IMG/VR virus record: IMGVR_UViG_3300032288_001980 | Span: 119,899 to 183,898 of that record | Source: a virus | DNA: 64,000 bases | Strand: one strand, 5' to 3' | Shown: one piece after another, positions 48,727 to 60,082 of the stretch | How positions within the stretch are numbered: the first letter of the stretch is position 1 | Layout of the letters: each line of letters starts with the position of its first letter | Translations under genes and position numbers: made by a program | The notes under the pieces: model-generated | The model's database searches: none | Seen by the model: only the letters and a program-made list of their open reading frames with translations | What the model was told of the DNA's origin: nothing

Positions 48727-48767
48727 TTGATTATTGAGATTTTTTCAAAAATAAAAAACATTTTTGG

Positions 48768-48775
48768 TATAAATA
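48768..48775 (+). promoter_or_regulatory. T4-type late promoter TATAAATA
   Basis: Exact T4 late consensus, 25 nt before the 48801 ATG. Confidence 0.75.
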
Positions 48776-48800
48776 TAAAAATATTAGTAACTGAATAGAC

Positions 48801-49220
48801 ATGGCCATTAATCTTAACCATCAAGACAATGCATTATCAACATCGAATGACACATTGAACTTTCAAAGTACAATGATGCAAAACGTAAATGTTGAGCGTG
48901 TAAGCACAGACCCAGCACCGACAGTATCCGGAAGAGTTTGGTATAACACTACTGATAAGCACATTAAAATGTCAGCTTTAAATGATTTAGGGCAATTAGT
49001 AGTCAAGCAGATCCCTATCAAAGACGACTTGGATTCTGCTATTGCACAGGTTAATAGCTACATTGCTAATCTAAAGTTACAAGAATTATCTAACGTGCAG
49101 GACCCTACACCAGGAGATGGTTTAAGATCCGGCGACGTATTAATTTACGCGGCAGATATCGATAAATGGTTAGTTTCAAATTACCTGTATCAACAAGTCA
49201 TGGATGCAGGCGAATTTTAA
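48801..49220 (+). CDS. Small virion/tail-fibre-associated protein (139 aa)
   Basis: G.VWYNTTD motif; L.EL.NV and GDVL.Y......W fibre-type repeats. Confidence 0.6.
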   Translation: MAINLNHQDNALSTSNDTLNFQSTMMQNVNVERVSTDPAPTVSGRVWYNTTDKHIKMSALNDLGQLVVKQIPIKDDLDSAIAQVNSYIANLKLQELSNVQDPTPGDGLRSGDVLIYAADIDKWLVSNYLYQQVMDAGEF

Positions 49221-49234
49221 CGGAGAAATTATAA

Positions 49235-51988
49235 ATGGCATCAACAATTAGAATTAAACGTTCGTCTACCAATGGCAACCCAGCGAGTTTGTTGGCCGGC
49301 GAACTAGCGTACTCAGCATTAGCAGGTACGCAAGCGAACGGAGGTGATAGACTTTACATTGGTTTTGGAACTGAAACTTCTGGTAATGCCGCTAACCACT
49401 ACGTAATCGGCGGTAAGTATTTTACCGATATGATGGACCATGTACAAGGTACATTAACAGCGTCCAGTGCGATTTTAACCGATGCCAACAATAAAATTGA
49501 TGTCATTAACGTTGGTAACTTAACAACAACTGGTAGTACAAATACTATCAGCGCAACTAACACTAACGGCGGTATTACACTAACAGCCAACGGTTCTGGT
49601 TATGTAACAATCAGCGGAACTAACGGCTTAGTAATTCCAGTTGGAACTACGGCACAGCAAGGCCCAGCAGTACAAGGTGCTATTCGTTACAACACCACTA
49701 TTAGCCAATTTGAAGGTTACAGCGGCACAAACTGGAGTAGCCTAGGCGGTGTACGTAGCGTTGATGGTTTAACATACGTTATTGCTGAAAGCAGTCCAGG
49801 TGCCAGCGATGACATAATCCACTTTTATGCAAGTAATAATACATCGGCTGTTGAAGTTGCACAATTAAATACAACCAAATTAAACTTACTACAAACAACA
49901 GCTAGCTCTAGCACAACAACTGGTGCTCTTACTGTTGCAGGTGGTGTAGGTATTGCAGGTAACTTGTATGTTGGCGGTAACTTAGTTCTAACTGGAACTG
50001 AAACAGCTATTGGTAGTGTTACATTCAATAACGGTCTAACATTAAGCGGTAGTGACACAGCCGCTACAGAATATCTAACATTAAACAACGCTAGTGGCGT
50101 TACAAAATTCCAAGTTGATACTGCTAGTGGTAATACAACTATTGCTGGTACATTAAGTGTATCAGGTACAAGTACATACGCGGCACTTTCTGCTACTTCT
50201 ATTACCAATTCAAGTTTAACTTCCGGTAGAGTAGTTTATAGCTCAACAGGCGGTTTACAAGTAGACAGCGCCAACTTAACATTTAACGGTACTACACTAA
50301 CATCTAATGCATTGGCTGTTACAAATAACGCTACAGTTGGCGGAACATTAGGTGTAACTGGTGCTACAACATTAAGCAGTACACTGGCTGTAACAGGCGA
50401 TACAACATTAACTGGAGATTTGGCAGTTAATGGTGGTGATATTACTACTTCTGCCGCAACATTTAACTTAGTAAATGCAACAGCAACTACAGTTAACTTT
50501 GCTGGAGCAGGTACAACAGTTAACATTGGAGCATTAACTGGCACTACTGCTATTAGAAACAATGCTACAGTCGGTGGTACACTAGGCGTTACTGGTAATA
50601 CAACACTAAGCGGCACAGCTAACGTTGTTGGTGATTTTAGTGTTAACACAAACAAGTTTACAGTAGCCGCAAGCTCTGGTAACACAGCAGTTGCTGGTAC
50701 ATTCAGCGTAACAGGTACAAGCAGTCATACTGGTAATTCTACATTTGGTGGCACAGTTGGTATTACTGGCGATTTATCAGTTAACACAAACAAGTTTACA
50801 GTAACAGCCGCTAGCGGAAATACAAGCGTAGCTGGCACATTGGGCGTTGCAGGTGATGTTGCAGTTAATACAAACAAGTTTACAGTTGCAGCCGCAAGTG
50901 GTAATACTGTTATTGCTGGTACAGCTAGTGTTGCAGGCGACTTTGCAGTTAATACAAACAAGTTTACAGTAGTTGCCGCAAGTGGTAACACAACAGTTGC
51001 TGGTACTTTGGGTGTAACTGGTAATGCTACTTTCAGTGGAACAGTTGGTATTACTGGTGTAACTACACACAGCGCAAACGTTGTAATGAGCAACAATTAC
51101 ATTACAGGCTTAGCTGATCCGGTTAACCCACAAGATGCCGCTACCAAAGCCTATGTTGATGCTAGCCGTAACGGTTTGGATGTTAAACAAAGTGTACGTG
51201 CGGCTACAACTGCAAATATTACTTTAAGCAATACTCAAACTGTTGACGGTGTTGCACTGGCCGCTGGCGATCGTGTTCTTGTTAAAGATCAAACAACTGC
51301 TAGCCAAAACGGTATTTACGTTGTTGTAAGTGGTGGTTCATGGACTCGAGCACTGGATGCTAACAATAGCAGTGACGCAGGCAACGGTAGCAACGAAGTT
51401 AACCCAGGTATGTTTACTTTCGTTGAAGAAGGTACAACAAACGCTGATGCTGGATTCGTATTAACTAACGATGGCACAGTTACATTAGGTACAACCGCTT
51501 TAACATTTGCACAGTTCAGTGGTGCTGGTCAGATTATTGCCGGTGCTGGTTTAACTAAAACTGGTAACCAAATTGACGTTGGTGCTGGCCTAGGTATTAC
51601 AGTTAATGCCAACGACGTTGCTCTTGCAACTACAGTAGCAGGTGCTGGTTTAACTTACACCAGTGGCGTACTTGATATCGTTGGAACAGCAAACCGTATT
51701 ACAGTTAATGCTGACAGTATTGACATTGCCAGCACTTATGTTGGTCAAAACAGCATTGTTACTGTTGGTACATTAACAACTGGTGCGTTAGGAACAGGCT
51801 TTACTACTGTAGCAGTACCACAAGGCGGTACCGGCGCAACATCTTTTACCAGCAACGGTGTAATTTACGGAAACGGTTCAGGCGCACTACAAGTAACAGC
51901 GGTAGCCACAGTGTCAGGCAGTTTCTTACGTCAAGATGCTTCAGGAGCTCCATATTTCAGCAATGAAATTGATGGCGGAACATACTAA
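49235..51988 (+). CDS. Tail-fibre/whisker-like virion protein (917 aa)
   Basis: N-term TIRIKRS...P..L..GELAYS; G.IRYNTT..FEGY; VNTNKFTV x4; DVKQSVRAATT...DRVLVK.Q...QNGIY module; ends IDGGTY. Confidence 0.8.
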   Translation: MASTIRIKRSSTNGNPASLLAGELAYSALAGTQANGGDRLYIGFGTETSGNAANHYVIGGKYFTDMMDHVQGTLTASSAILTDANNKIDVINVGNLTTTGSTNTISATNTNGGITLTANGSGYVTISGTNGLVIPVGTTAQQGPAVQGAIRYNTTISQFEGYSGTNWSSLGGVRSVDGLTYVIAESSPGASDDIIHFYASNNTSAVEVAQLNTTKLNLLQTTASSSTTTGALTVAGGVGIAGNLYVGGNLVLTGTETAIGSVTFNNGLTLSGSDTAATEYLTLNNASGVTKFQVDTASGNTTIAGTLSVSGTSTYAALSATSITNSSLTSGRVVYSSTGGLQVDSANLTFNGTTLTSNALAVTNNATVGGTLGVTGATTLSSTLAVTGDTTLTGDLAVNGGDITTSAATFNLVNATATTVNFAGAGTTVNIGALTGTTAIRNNATVGGTLGVTGNTTLSGTANVVGDFSVNTNKFTVAASSGNTAVAGTFSVTGTSSHTGNSTFGGTVGITGDLSVNTNKFTVTAASGNTSVAGTLGVAGDVAVNTNKFTVAAASGNTVIAGTASVAGDFAVNTNKFTVVAASGNTTVAGTLGVTGNATFSGTVGITGVTTHSANVVMSNNYITGLADPVNPQDAATKAYVDASRNGLDVKQSVRAATTANITLSNTQTVDGVALAAGDRVLVKDQTTASQNGIYVVVSGGSWTRALDANNSSDAGNGSNEVNPGMFTFVEEGTTNADAGFVLTNDGTVTLGTTALTFAQFSGAGQIIAGAGLTKTGNQIDVGAGLGITVNANDVALATTVAGAGLTYTSGVLDIVGTANRITVNADSIDIASTYVGQNSIVTVGTLTTGALGTGFTTVAVPQGGTGATSFTSNGVIYGNGSGALQVTAVATVSGSFLRQDASGAPYFSNEIDGGTY

Positions 51989-52012
51989 ATAACAGAGTAT
52001 GTTATATACCAT

Positions 52013-52047
52013 AAACAGGATAGTACATACTATCCTGTTTGTTTTTC
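52013..52047 (+). terminator. Putative terminator hairpin
   Basis: AAACAGGATAGT-ACAT-ACTATCCTGTTT followed by GTTTTT. Confidence 0.75.
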
Positions 52048-52072
52048 TATATAGAAAAAGGATTACTGCCAT

Positions 52073-53332
52073 ATGGCTTCCAATATTAAGCTGAAACGTT
52101 CAGCGGTCCACGGCCGCGTACCCGTACCCGGAGATTTAGAACTAGGTGAATTAGCAATCAACACCTACGACGGCAAACTATATCTCAAAAAATCAGTCAA
52201 TGGTGTAGAGACTATAGTTGATGTTAGTTCGGGATACTCTTTGCCTACGGCTACCACTTCTGTTCTTGGTGGTGTTAAAGTTGACGGCACTACAATTACA
52301 ATTAGTCAATCTGGCATTATAAGCGCAGGCGGCACTGCATATACAATTAATAGACAATATATAGTCAGTAACGGATCTACTACCACTTACAATCTAGATG
52401 TAGTTCCAAAAAGTGCCGATTATGTAGAAGTATACTGTGATGGTATCTATCAAAAAAGCGACAGCTACGTAGCCGGCTCAGGAACAGGAATTAAAAATAC
52501 GTTTACAGGTGACGGAGGCCAAACAGCATTTGTATTAAGCTCAACACCAATAGATGAAACTTATATTGAAGTTTACCTGTCAGGTATCTACCAAAAAGAT
52601 ACAACAGCATATTCTTTAAGCGGAAATACTGTAACATTTACCGAAGCTGTACCACAAGATGTACCTATTGAAATTATTGTTATTAATAAACAAGCACAAC
52701 TGATTTTATCAGAAGCTCCGCCAGCAACAACAGTTATTGAAGTTCGAACTTACAGTCCGGACTTAAATGTTAAAAAAATACCAATATTAGCATTATCTAA
52801 TTCAAGTTCTTTTAATTTAGGATATTCGGTGCAGCCAGGCGATTTAGTTAGAGTAGTTTGGCAAGGTGTTTACCAGCACGAGGATTCATATTCTGTTCTA
52901 GACTATACTTTGACTTTAGATGAACAAATTCCCACGGGAGATTGGCTAGAAGTTATATTGTTAACAGCTAGTCCTATTACCAGTTTGTCTGCGGATTCTG
53001 CAGGTATTATCGCAGAAAATAATGACGGTATTGGTGTTAATACTGAATTAGATTTAGGTAAACTAATACACAAACTAAGCTGGACCGGGTCATATGCATA
53101 TACTCTAGCAGACGGTGCAGAAGGGCAAGTAATTCAATTAGTTCCCAGCGCAGGAGATGCAGACCTTATATCAATTACAGTAGCACATTTACGATGGTTA
53201 AATTCTGGAGAGTCTACTACCAGTTCAAATGCTGTGTATAAACCTTTTGGTAGCGTAAACGCATTTCCTACTGTAATTACGGGAATATTTACAGACGGGG
53301 CATGGAATTTCAGCGGAGGATCAAAAGTATAA
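52073..53332 (+). CDS. Tail-fibre-type virion protein (419 aa)
   Basis: IKLKRS.V.G.VP...DL.LGELAINTYDGKLY; ATT..LGGVKV; three V...GIYQ beta-sandwich repeats. Confidence 0.75.
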   Translation: MASNIKLKRSAVHGRVPVPGDLELGELAINTYDGKLYLKKSVNGVETIVDVSSGYSLPTATTSVLGGVKVDGTTITISQSGIISAGGTAYTINRQYIVSNGSTTTYNLDVVPKSADYVEVYCDGIYQKSDSYVAGSGTGIKNTFTGDGGQTAFVLSSTPIDETYIEVYLSGIYQKDTTAYSLSGNTVTFTEAVPQDVPIEIIVINKQAQLILSEAPPATTVIEVRTYSPDLNVKKIPILALSNSSSFNLGYSVQPGDLVRVVWQGVYQHEDSYSVLDYTLTLDEQIPTGDWLEVILLTASPITSLSADSAGIIAENNDGIGVNTELDLGKLIHKLSWTGSYAYTLADGAEGQVIQLVPSAGDADLISITVAHLRWLNSGESTTSSNAVYKPFGSVNAFPTVITGIFTDGAWNFSGGSKV

Positions 53333-53394
53333 TTTTTGATTCAAAATACTTCGGTAAAGTATTTGATAAATATTTGGATATAGGATCCTAAAAT

Positions 53395-55620
53395 ATGGCA
53401 CTAACAAGAGTAAAAGCAAGTTTATTAACAGGGGTAATTACACCAAGTAGTGCCTCATTTACCAGTCAAGTAGCTTTGCCCGCAGGCACGGTTTCTGCGG
53501 CCCCGTTATTATTTGAACCTGGTACTAACGTCACAGTACCTTATCAAGGTTCTATGGAATTTGATGGCACTAGATTATATTTCACTCCCGACACAACTAG
53601 AGAAACAGTTGCTTTTAGGACTGATACAACATATATTGGTACTACTAGTGTCGCATTAAATAGAGCCAGTGCCAATTTGGCCTTAGCTGGAATTACTTCT
53701 GTCGCACTTCCTGGATCCACATCTGGTACTATTACATTACAGCCTAGTGCTGTTGCAGGATCAACTACTATTACTTTACCAGCAACAACTGGTACTGTGG
53801 TTACCACTGGAGATTCGGGCACTGTAACTAGTACAATGATTGCCAATGATACTATTGTCAACGCAGATATTAATAGTTCAGCAGGTATTGCTTATAGCAA
53901 ATTAAGTTTAACTGGCAGTATTGTCAACGCAGACATCAGTAGCTCGGCTGCAATCGCCAATAGCAAATTAGCCAACAGTAGTGTGACAGTTGGTACAACA
54001 GCAATTAGCTTAGGTGCGTCTAGCACAACGTTAACTGGATTAACCAGTGTTACATCTACTAGCTTTACTGGTGCATTAACCGGTAATGCAAGTACAGCAT
54101 CTGCATTGCAAACGGCAAGGACAATTAGTTTAAGTGGTGATGTAGCCGGTAGCGTAAGTTTCGATGGTAGTGCCAACGCAACAATTACAGCAACTATACA
54201 AGCAGACAGTGTAGCCTTAGGAACAGATACAACTGGTAATTATGTAGCTACAGCAACAGCAGGGTCTGGAATCAGTATTGCTGGCTCAGGAACTGAAACA
54301 GCGGCAATTACCGTTACAAATACTGGCGTATTAAGTGCAGTGGCCGGAACTGGTGTTAGTGTCAGCGGCGCAACAGGAAATGTTACATTTAGCATCGGCC
54401 AAGCAGTAGAAACTACCAGTAACGTAACATTTGGAACAGTTACTACAACTGGTAACGTAATAGTAGGTGGCAATCTAACTGTTAATGGATCAACAACAGT
54501 TGTTAATAGTACAACTACTCAATTAGACGATCCAATTATTACTCTAGGTGGAGATACAGCACCCACAGTTGACGATGACAAGGATCGAGGAATTGAATTC
54601 CGTTGGCATAACGGTACAACTGCTAAAGTAGGTTTCTTTGGATATGACGATAGCACTGGGTATTTTACATTTATTCCTGATGCAACAAACACCAGCGAAG
54701 TATTTTCAGGTACAAAAGGTACATTAGATGTAACAGCCATTACAGGAAATGCCGCAACGGCTACTGCATTGCAAACATCTAGAACACTATCACTGGCTGG
54801 AGACCTGTCAGGATCTGCTGGTTTTAATGGAACAGCGAATGCAACTATTACGGCAACACTGGCAACGTCCGGCGTTACAGCAGGCAGCTATGGAAGTGCA
54901 ACGGGTGTAGGCACATTTACAGTTGACGCCAAAGGTCGACTAACATCAGCTAGTACAACTGCTATTGCAATACCAAGCACACAAATAACTGACTTTACAG
55001 AAGCAGTACAAGATTCTGCTAGTTCAATGATTACTAATGCAACGCATACCGGTATTACTACAACTTATACAGATGCATCAAATGTTCTAGCATTAGCATT
55101 AACTACAACCGGCGTTACAGCAGGAACTTATAACAATATTACCGTTGACACATACGGCCGAGCTACAGTAGGTTCAAACGTTGCTTATTTGACAGGTAAT
55201 CAGACCATTACAGCTACTGGTGATGCTACAGGATCTGGTACTACTAGTATCGCATTAACATTGGCTAATAGTGGCGTTACAGCAGGAACATATGGAGTTG
55301 CAAACAGTAGAACAGTTGGTACTGTTATTGTAGATGCCAAAGGTAGAGTGACTAGCATTTCTCAAGTACATTTTGGACTAGTGCATAGTGATGTAATAAC
55401 TGTTTCTAATGCGGCAACCTTAACTTATACATTCCAACAAAATGCAGGCACTATTGGAAGTGCAGGATTGAACGTCGACAATGTGATAGTTTTTAATAAT
55501 AGGTTAAAAATGAGACAAGACGAATATACTGTAAATGCAAACGGTACAATTACGTTTGTAAGTGGTACTATCGAAGTAGGCGACGAACTAGAAGTTACCA
55601 CATACACACTTATCCCATAA
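53395..55620 (+). CDS. Tail-fibre-type virion protein (741 aa)
   Basis: MALTRV start, Thr/Ser/Gly-rich; ARTI.LSGDV.GS.SFDGSAN and GVTAG.Y..V.VD..GR repeats. Confidence 0.8.
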   Translation: MALTRVKASLLTGVITPSSASFTSQVALPAGTVSAAPLLFEPGTNVTVPYQGSMEFDGTRLYFTPDTTRETVAFRTDTTYIGTTSVALNRASANLALAGITSVALPGSTSGTITLQPSAVAGSTTITLPATTGTVVTTGDSGTVTSTMIANDTIVNADINSSAGIAYSKLSLTGSIVNADISSSAAIANSKLANSSVTVGTTAISLGASSTTLTGLTSVTSTSFTGALTGNASTASALQTARTISLSGDVAGSVSFDGSANATITATIQADSVALGTDTTGNYVATATAGSGISIAGSGTETAAITVTNTGVLSAVAGTGVSVSGATGNVTFSIGQAVETTSNVTFGTVTTTGNVIVGGNLTVNGSTTVVNSTTTQLDDPIITLGGDTAPTVDDDKDRGIEFRWHNGTTAKVGFFGYDDSTGYFTFIPDATNTSEVFSGTKGTLDVTAITGNAATATALQTSRTLSLAGDLSGSAGFNGTANATITATLATSGVTAGSYGSATGVGTFTVDAKGRLTSASTTAIAIPSTQITDFTEAVQDSASSMITNATHTGITTTYTDASNVLALALTTTGVTAGTYNNITVDTYGRATVGSNVAYLTGNQTITATGDATGSGTTSIALTLANSGVTAGTYGVANSRTVGTVIVDAKGRVTSISQVHFGLVHSDVITVSNAATLTYTFQQNAGTIGSAGLNVDNVIVFNNRLKMRQDEYTVNANGTITFVSGTIEVGDELEVTTYTLIP

Positions 55621-55638
55621 TTAATATAAGGCAAACAA

Positions 55639-58600
55639 ATGTCAAGAAAGTACGCAATTAAAACTAAAAACAGTACAACTAGTATTGCTAGCGGATCAAA
55701 CAACTACAAGTTGAATAAAACTACTGGCGTTTATGATACTTACACTGATGATCTGTCAGTAACAGCTACAGACATTATATTCGTTGGTAAAAAATCAAAT
55801 ATTAGTGATCGTCTAGACGCTGTTGAAAAAGACATAAGCGTTTTAGCAGGAACTGTTTTCTTCCAAGATGACGTAGATCTGTCAGGTACTACAGTGGTAG
55901 CAAATAAACTAGTTACAGCTAGAACGATTGCACTAGGCGGTGACCTAAGTGGTAGTGCAAGTTTTGACGGATCCGCAAACATAACAATTACTGCTACAGT
56001 TCAACCAAATAGTGTGGTATTAGGCACAGACACTACTGGTAACTATATGACTGATTTAACAGCAGGTACCGGTATCAGTATTACTCATACACCAGGCGAA
56101 GGTTCTACAGCAACAATCGGTGTAAGTAGTGCTACAGCATTAAGAGCAGATACTACATATATTGGTACTACCAGTGTAGCATTAAACAGATCTAGCGGGA
56201 ATTTAGCATTAACTGGTATTAGCTCAGTGGCTTTACCAGGTAGTACCAGCGGTACAATTACACTACAACCAACTGCTACAGCAGGAACAAATACAATCAC
56301 ATTACCAGCAACAACTGGTACAGTAGTAACAACAGGCGATAGTGCCACTGTAACTAACACAATGTTAGCGGGTTCTATTGCTAACGCCAAATTAACAAAC
56401 AGCGCAATCACAATTAACAGCGCAAGTACAAGTTTGGGTGGTAGCGTAACATTATATGCAGGTACAACTACATTACAAACATCCAGTGCTAACCAAGCAT
56501 TGACTGGTATTAGTAGTGTTACACTTCCTGGTAGCACTAGTGGCACTGTACAAATTATTCCAACTGCGGCAGTTGGAACTGGTACAATATTAACAATTCC
56601 AGCAACAACTGGTACGATTGTTACTACAGGCGATACTGGTACTGTAACCGGTACAATGATTGCCGATAACACAATCCTTAACGCAGAAATCGCATCAAAT
56701 GCGGCCATTGCATACAGCAAATTGAACTTGTCTGGTAGTATTGTTAATGCTGATGTGGGTGCGTCGGCAGCGATTGCTTATAGTAAACTTAACCTAGCTG
56801 GTAGCATTGTTAATGCTGACGTTGGTGCATCTGCGGCTATTGCTTACAGCAAGTTAAACTTATCTGGTAGCATTGTTAACGCAGACATTAGTGCTAGTGC
56901 GGCCATCAGCACAAGCAAGATCAGTGGTTTGGCTACATCTGCTACTACAGATACAACTAACGCCAGCAACATCAGTTCTGGTACATTGGCATTTGCTCGT
57001 TTGCCATCTCTATACCACGGCACTACATTAGTACAAAGCTCTAGTGCTAACCAAGCAATGACTGGTATTACCAGCGTTACTTTCCCAGGTAGCACCAGCG
57101 GTAGCGTTCAATTGATTCCGGCTGCTGTAGCAGGTACAGGTACAGTTCTAACTATGCCAGCAACGACTGGTACAGTAATTACTTCTGGCGATACAGGTAC
57201 TGTAACTAATACCATGTTGGCTGGTAGTATTGCCAATGCCAAATTAACCAATAGCTCTGTTACTATTACAGCCGGCTCCGGTATTACTGTTACTAATGGT
57301 ACAGTATCATTGGGTGGATCTGCAACGATCACTAACTCTGGTGTAACTAGCATCGCAGGTACTGCTAACCAAATTACTGCCAGCGCCAGCACAGGCGGCG
57401 TAACACTAAGCCTCCCAAGCTCTGTTACACTACCTGGTGATTTAACAGTTACTGGTAACTTAACAGTAAGTGGTACAAGTACAACTATTAACGCAACTAG
57501 CGTATCAGTATCTGACTTAAACATTACAGTAGCCAAGGATGCTGCCACAGCGGCAGCTGCCAACGGCGCTGGCCTAACAGTTAATGGTCCAGCAACGGCT
57601 GCAACACTGACTTATACTAGCGCAGACGATCGCTGGAACTTTAACAAAACATTAAATGCCACATTAGTTGGTAACGTAACTGGTAACGTAACTGGTAACG
57701 CTAGTACAGCAACTACACTACAAACTGCTCGTTTAATTAACGGTGTAAGTTTTAACGGAAGTGCAGATGTAACAGTTCACACAGCAGGTACTGGTATTAG
57801 CGTAAGTGGTACTACAGTTACCAATACGGGTATTATTAGTGCTAGTGCAGGCACAGGTATTAGCGTAAGCGGTACTAACCCGTTAACAATTACCAACACC
57901 GGTGTAACTAGTTTGGTTGCTGGTACAAACATTGCTGTAAGTGGCGCAACTGGTGCAGTAACAGTTAGCGTAACAGGCACAGTAGCAGATTCTAGCGCAC
58001 TAAACGGTATCTCCGCGGTGAACTTGTTCAATAACATGGGCAACATTCACAGCACTAGAACAGGCTTTGATGCTTCAACACCAAGCTATGGCCATGGTTT
58101 TAGATATGTTCAAGGTACTACTAACGGCCCAGGCACTAGCGGCACTCAGTTCTATAGCTGGTATTTAGGTTTAGGTTCTGACTATCCTGCAACAGGAGCA
58201 GGATCATATGGCGCCATGTTTGCTGTGGATAGAAACGTTACAAACCCTTATCTAAGTGTAAGATATAACGAAGGCAACAGTTTTTCTAGCTGGTATAAAA
58301 TCAGGGCTGGTGCGGCTGATGTACTAACAACGGCCCGTACTATTAACGGCGTAAGTTTTGATGGATCTGCTAACGTAACAGTAACAACAGCAGGTACTGG
58401 TATTAGTGTTTCTGGCACTACTGTAACTAACACAGGTATTATTAGTGCCAGTGCAGGTACTGGTATTAGTGTTTCTGGTACTAACCCATTAACAATTACT
58501 AACAGTGGTATTATTAGTGCTAGTGCAGGTACTGGTATTAGTGTTTCTGGTACCAACCCGTTAACAATTACTAACACTGGTGTAACCAGTTTAGTAGCAG

Positions 58601-59847
58601 GAACAAATATTTCTCTAAGCGGCTCTACGGGCGCAGTAACAGTTAACGTGTCAGGCACAGTCGCTAACGCAACCACTGCCGCAGGAGTTTCTAACACCGT
58701 AAGTGGAACTAATAGTGCAGACTTAGTATACGGTAACATGGCTGACAACGACCAGTTCCGTATTAGAATTGGCGGTACTGCTAGTAACGCAGGCTTTGTT
58801 GAAATAGCTACTGCTGATGATGGTACCGAACCAATTCACGTTCGTCAATACACCGGAGTGTTTACTTCATTAGCTAGAACTGCTACATTACTAGACGGTT
58901 CTGGTAACACAAGTTTTCCTGGAACGGTAACAGCTCCGACATTCAGCGGGGCATTGAGCGGTAACGCAACCACAGCCAGTTCTATCAGCGGTTACGGCAA
59001 CCCAACAACCAGCAGTACAGCAAACACTATTGTATATCGTGATGGCAACGGTTACATTCAAAATAACTACTTCTATACCAGCAGTGGCGGCGCAGAACGT
59101 AATGCATCCGGTATGGGTTACTTTGCTGGCTTTAATAGCAGTGACTACTACATTCGCAGTTATACACCTGCCGCAGTAGCAGCCGCTATCAGTGGCCAAA
59201 CAATGAACATCAACGGCAGCAGTACTAGTTGCTCAGGTAACGCGGCCAACACTAGCAGTATCAGCAACGCTGTTGGCGGAACTTACACTTGGACTGGTAC
59301 CAACTATTTCCAAAGTAACTTGGGTGCTACATCTGGTTCTTTAAGTAGCCCTCCTTTACAAGCATACTGTACAGGTGGTAACGCTGCCTTCATGAGTTTC
59401 CACAGAGGCGGGGTCTATGCAGTGAACTTTGGTCTAGACTCGGACAACGTACTACGTATCGGTGGATGGTCTGCCAGTGCTAACAGACTTCAATTGGACA
59501 TGAGTGGTAACTTAACTCTAGCAGGTGAAGTTACAGCTTACTCGGATGTGCGTTTAAAGTCTAATATTGAAACCATTGACAACAGTCTAAACAAAGTATT
59601 ACAATTACGAGGCGTATCTTTTGACAAAGACGGTAAACATCAAATTGGTGTAATTGCCCAGGAAACACAATTAGTATTCCCTGAAGTTGTAGCAGAAAGC
59701 AATGACGGATACCTAAGTGTTAACTACGGTGCATTGGTAGCTCCTTTAATTGAATCTACAAAAGAATTGAACAGCAAAGTTGAAGCACAAGCCAAAGAAA
59801 TTGCAGAACTAAAAGCTCTGGTCCAACAATTGCTAAGTAATAAATAA
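55639..59847 (+). CDS. Long tail fibre with C-terminal peptidase S74 intramolecular chaperone (1402 aa)
   Basis: AYSDVRLKSNI...L..V..L.GV.F....GVIAQE...VNYG.L...LIE..KEL plus terminal coiled coil. Confidence 0.9.
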   Translation: MSRKYAIKTKNSTTSIASGSNNYKLNKTTGVYDTYTDDLSVTATDIIFVGKKSNISDRLDAVEKDISVLAGTVFFQDDVDLSGTTVVANKLVTARTIALGGDLSGSASFDGSANITITATVQPNSVVLGTDTTGNYMTDLTAGTGISITHTPGEGSTATIGVSSATALRADTTYIGTTSVALNRSSGNLALTGISSVALPGSTSGTITLQPTATAGTNTITLPATTGTVVTTGDSATVTNTMLAGSIANAKLTNSAITINSASTSLGGSVTLYAGTTTLQTSSANQALTGISSVTLPGSTSGTVQIIPTAAVGTGTILTIPATTGTIVTTGDTGTVTGTMIADNTILNAEIASNAAIAYSKLNLSGSIVNADVGASAAIAYSKLNLAGSIVNADVGASAAIAYSKLNLSGSIVNADISASAAISTSKISGLATSATTDTTNASNISSGTLAFARLPSLYHGTTLVQSSSANQAMTGITSVTFPGSTSGSVQLIPAAVAGTGTVLTMPATTGTVITSGDTGTVTNTMLAGSIANAKLTNSSVTITAGSGITVTNGTVSLGGSATITNSGVTSIAGTANQITASASTGGVTLSLPSSVTLPGDLTVTGNLTVSGTSTTINATSVSVSDLNITVAKDAATAAAANGAGLTVNGPATAATLTYTSADDRWNFNKTLNATLVGNVTGNVTGNASTATTLQTARLINGVSFNGSADVTVHTAGTGISVSGTTVTNTGIISASAGTGISVSGTNPLTITNTGVTSLVAGTNIAVSGATGAVTVSVTGTVADSSALNGISAVNLFNNMGNIHSTRTGFDASTPSYGHGFRYVQGTTNGPGTSGTQFYSWYLGLGSDYPATGAGSYGAMFAVDRNVTNPYLSVRYNEGNSFSSWYKIRAGAADVLTTARTINGVSFDGSANVTVTTAGTGISVSGTTVTNTGIISASAGTGISVSGTNPLTITNSGIISASAGTGISVSGTNPLTITNTGVTSLVAGTNISLSGSTGAVTVNVSGTVANATTAAGVSNTVSGTNSADLVYGNMADNDQFRIRIGGTASNAGFVEIATADDGTEPIHVRQYTGVFTSLARTATLLDGSGNTSFPGTVTAPTFSGALSGNATTASSISGYGNPTTSSTANTIVYRDGNGYIQNNYFYTSSGGAERNASGMGYFAGFNSSDYYIRSYTPAAVAAAISGQTMNINGSSTSCSGNAANTSSISNAVGGTYTWTGTNYFQSNLGATSGSLSSPPLQAYCTGGNAAFMSFHRGGVYAVNFGLDSDNVLRIGGWSASANRLQLDMSGNLTLAGEVTAYSDVRLKSNIETIDNSLNKVLQLRGVSFDKDGKHQIGVIAQETQLVFPEVVAESNDGYLSVNYGALVAPLIESTKELNSKVEAQAKEIAELKALVQQLLSNK

Positions 59848-59863
59848 CACGGGATTTTAAATT

Positions 59864-60058
59864 ATGCCAGGAAATTTACCAGCAACAGGTACTACAATTA
59901 CAATGGGAAGGACCCGAAATGCTTATAACCTTTCGGGTACTATCACTTTGAGAGCAGGACTTGGAGCACAGAAGCGTTACCCAGGAGCTAACACTACATC
60001 GGCACCATGGGCATTTAGTAGTCAAATGGGTGGCCAGTATTACCCTGGCACATATTAA
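59864..60058 (+). CDS. Small Gly/Thr-rich protein (64 aa) after the tail fibre
   Basis: ATAAATA at 59840-59846; ATG start. Confidence 0.7.
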   Translation: MPGNLPATGTTITMGRTRNAYNLSGTITLRAGLGAQKRYPGANTTSAPWAFSSQMGGQYYPGTY

Positions 60059-60082
60059 TCACATACACACAAGGAGTCAGAC

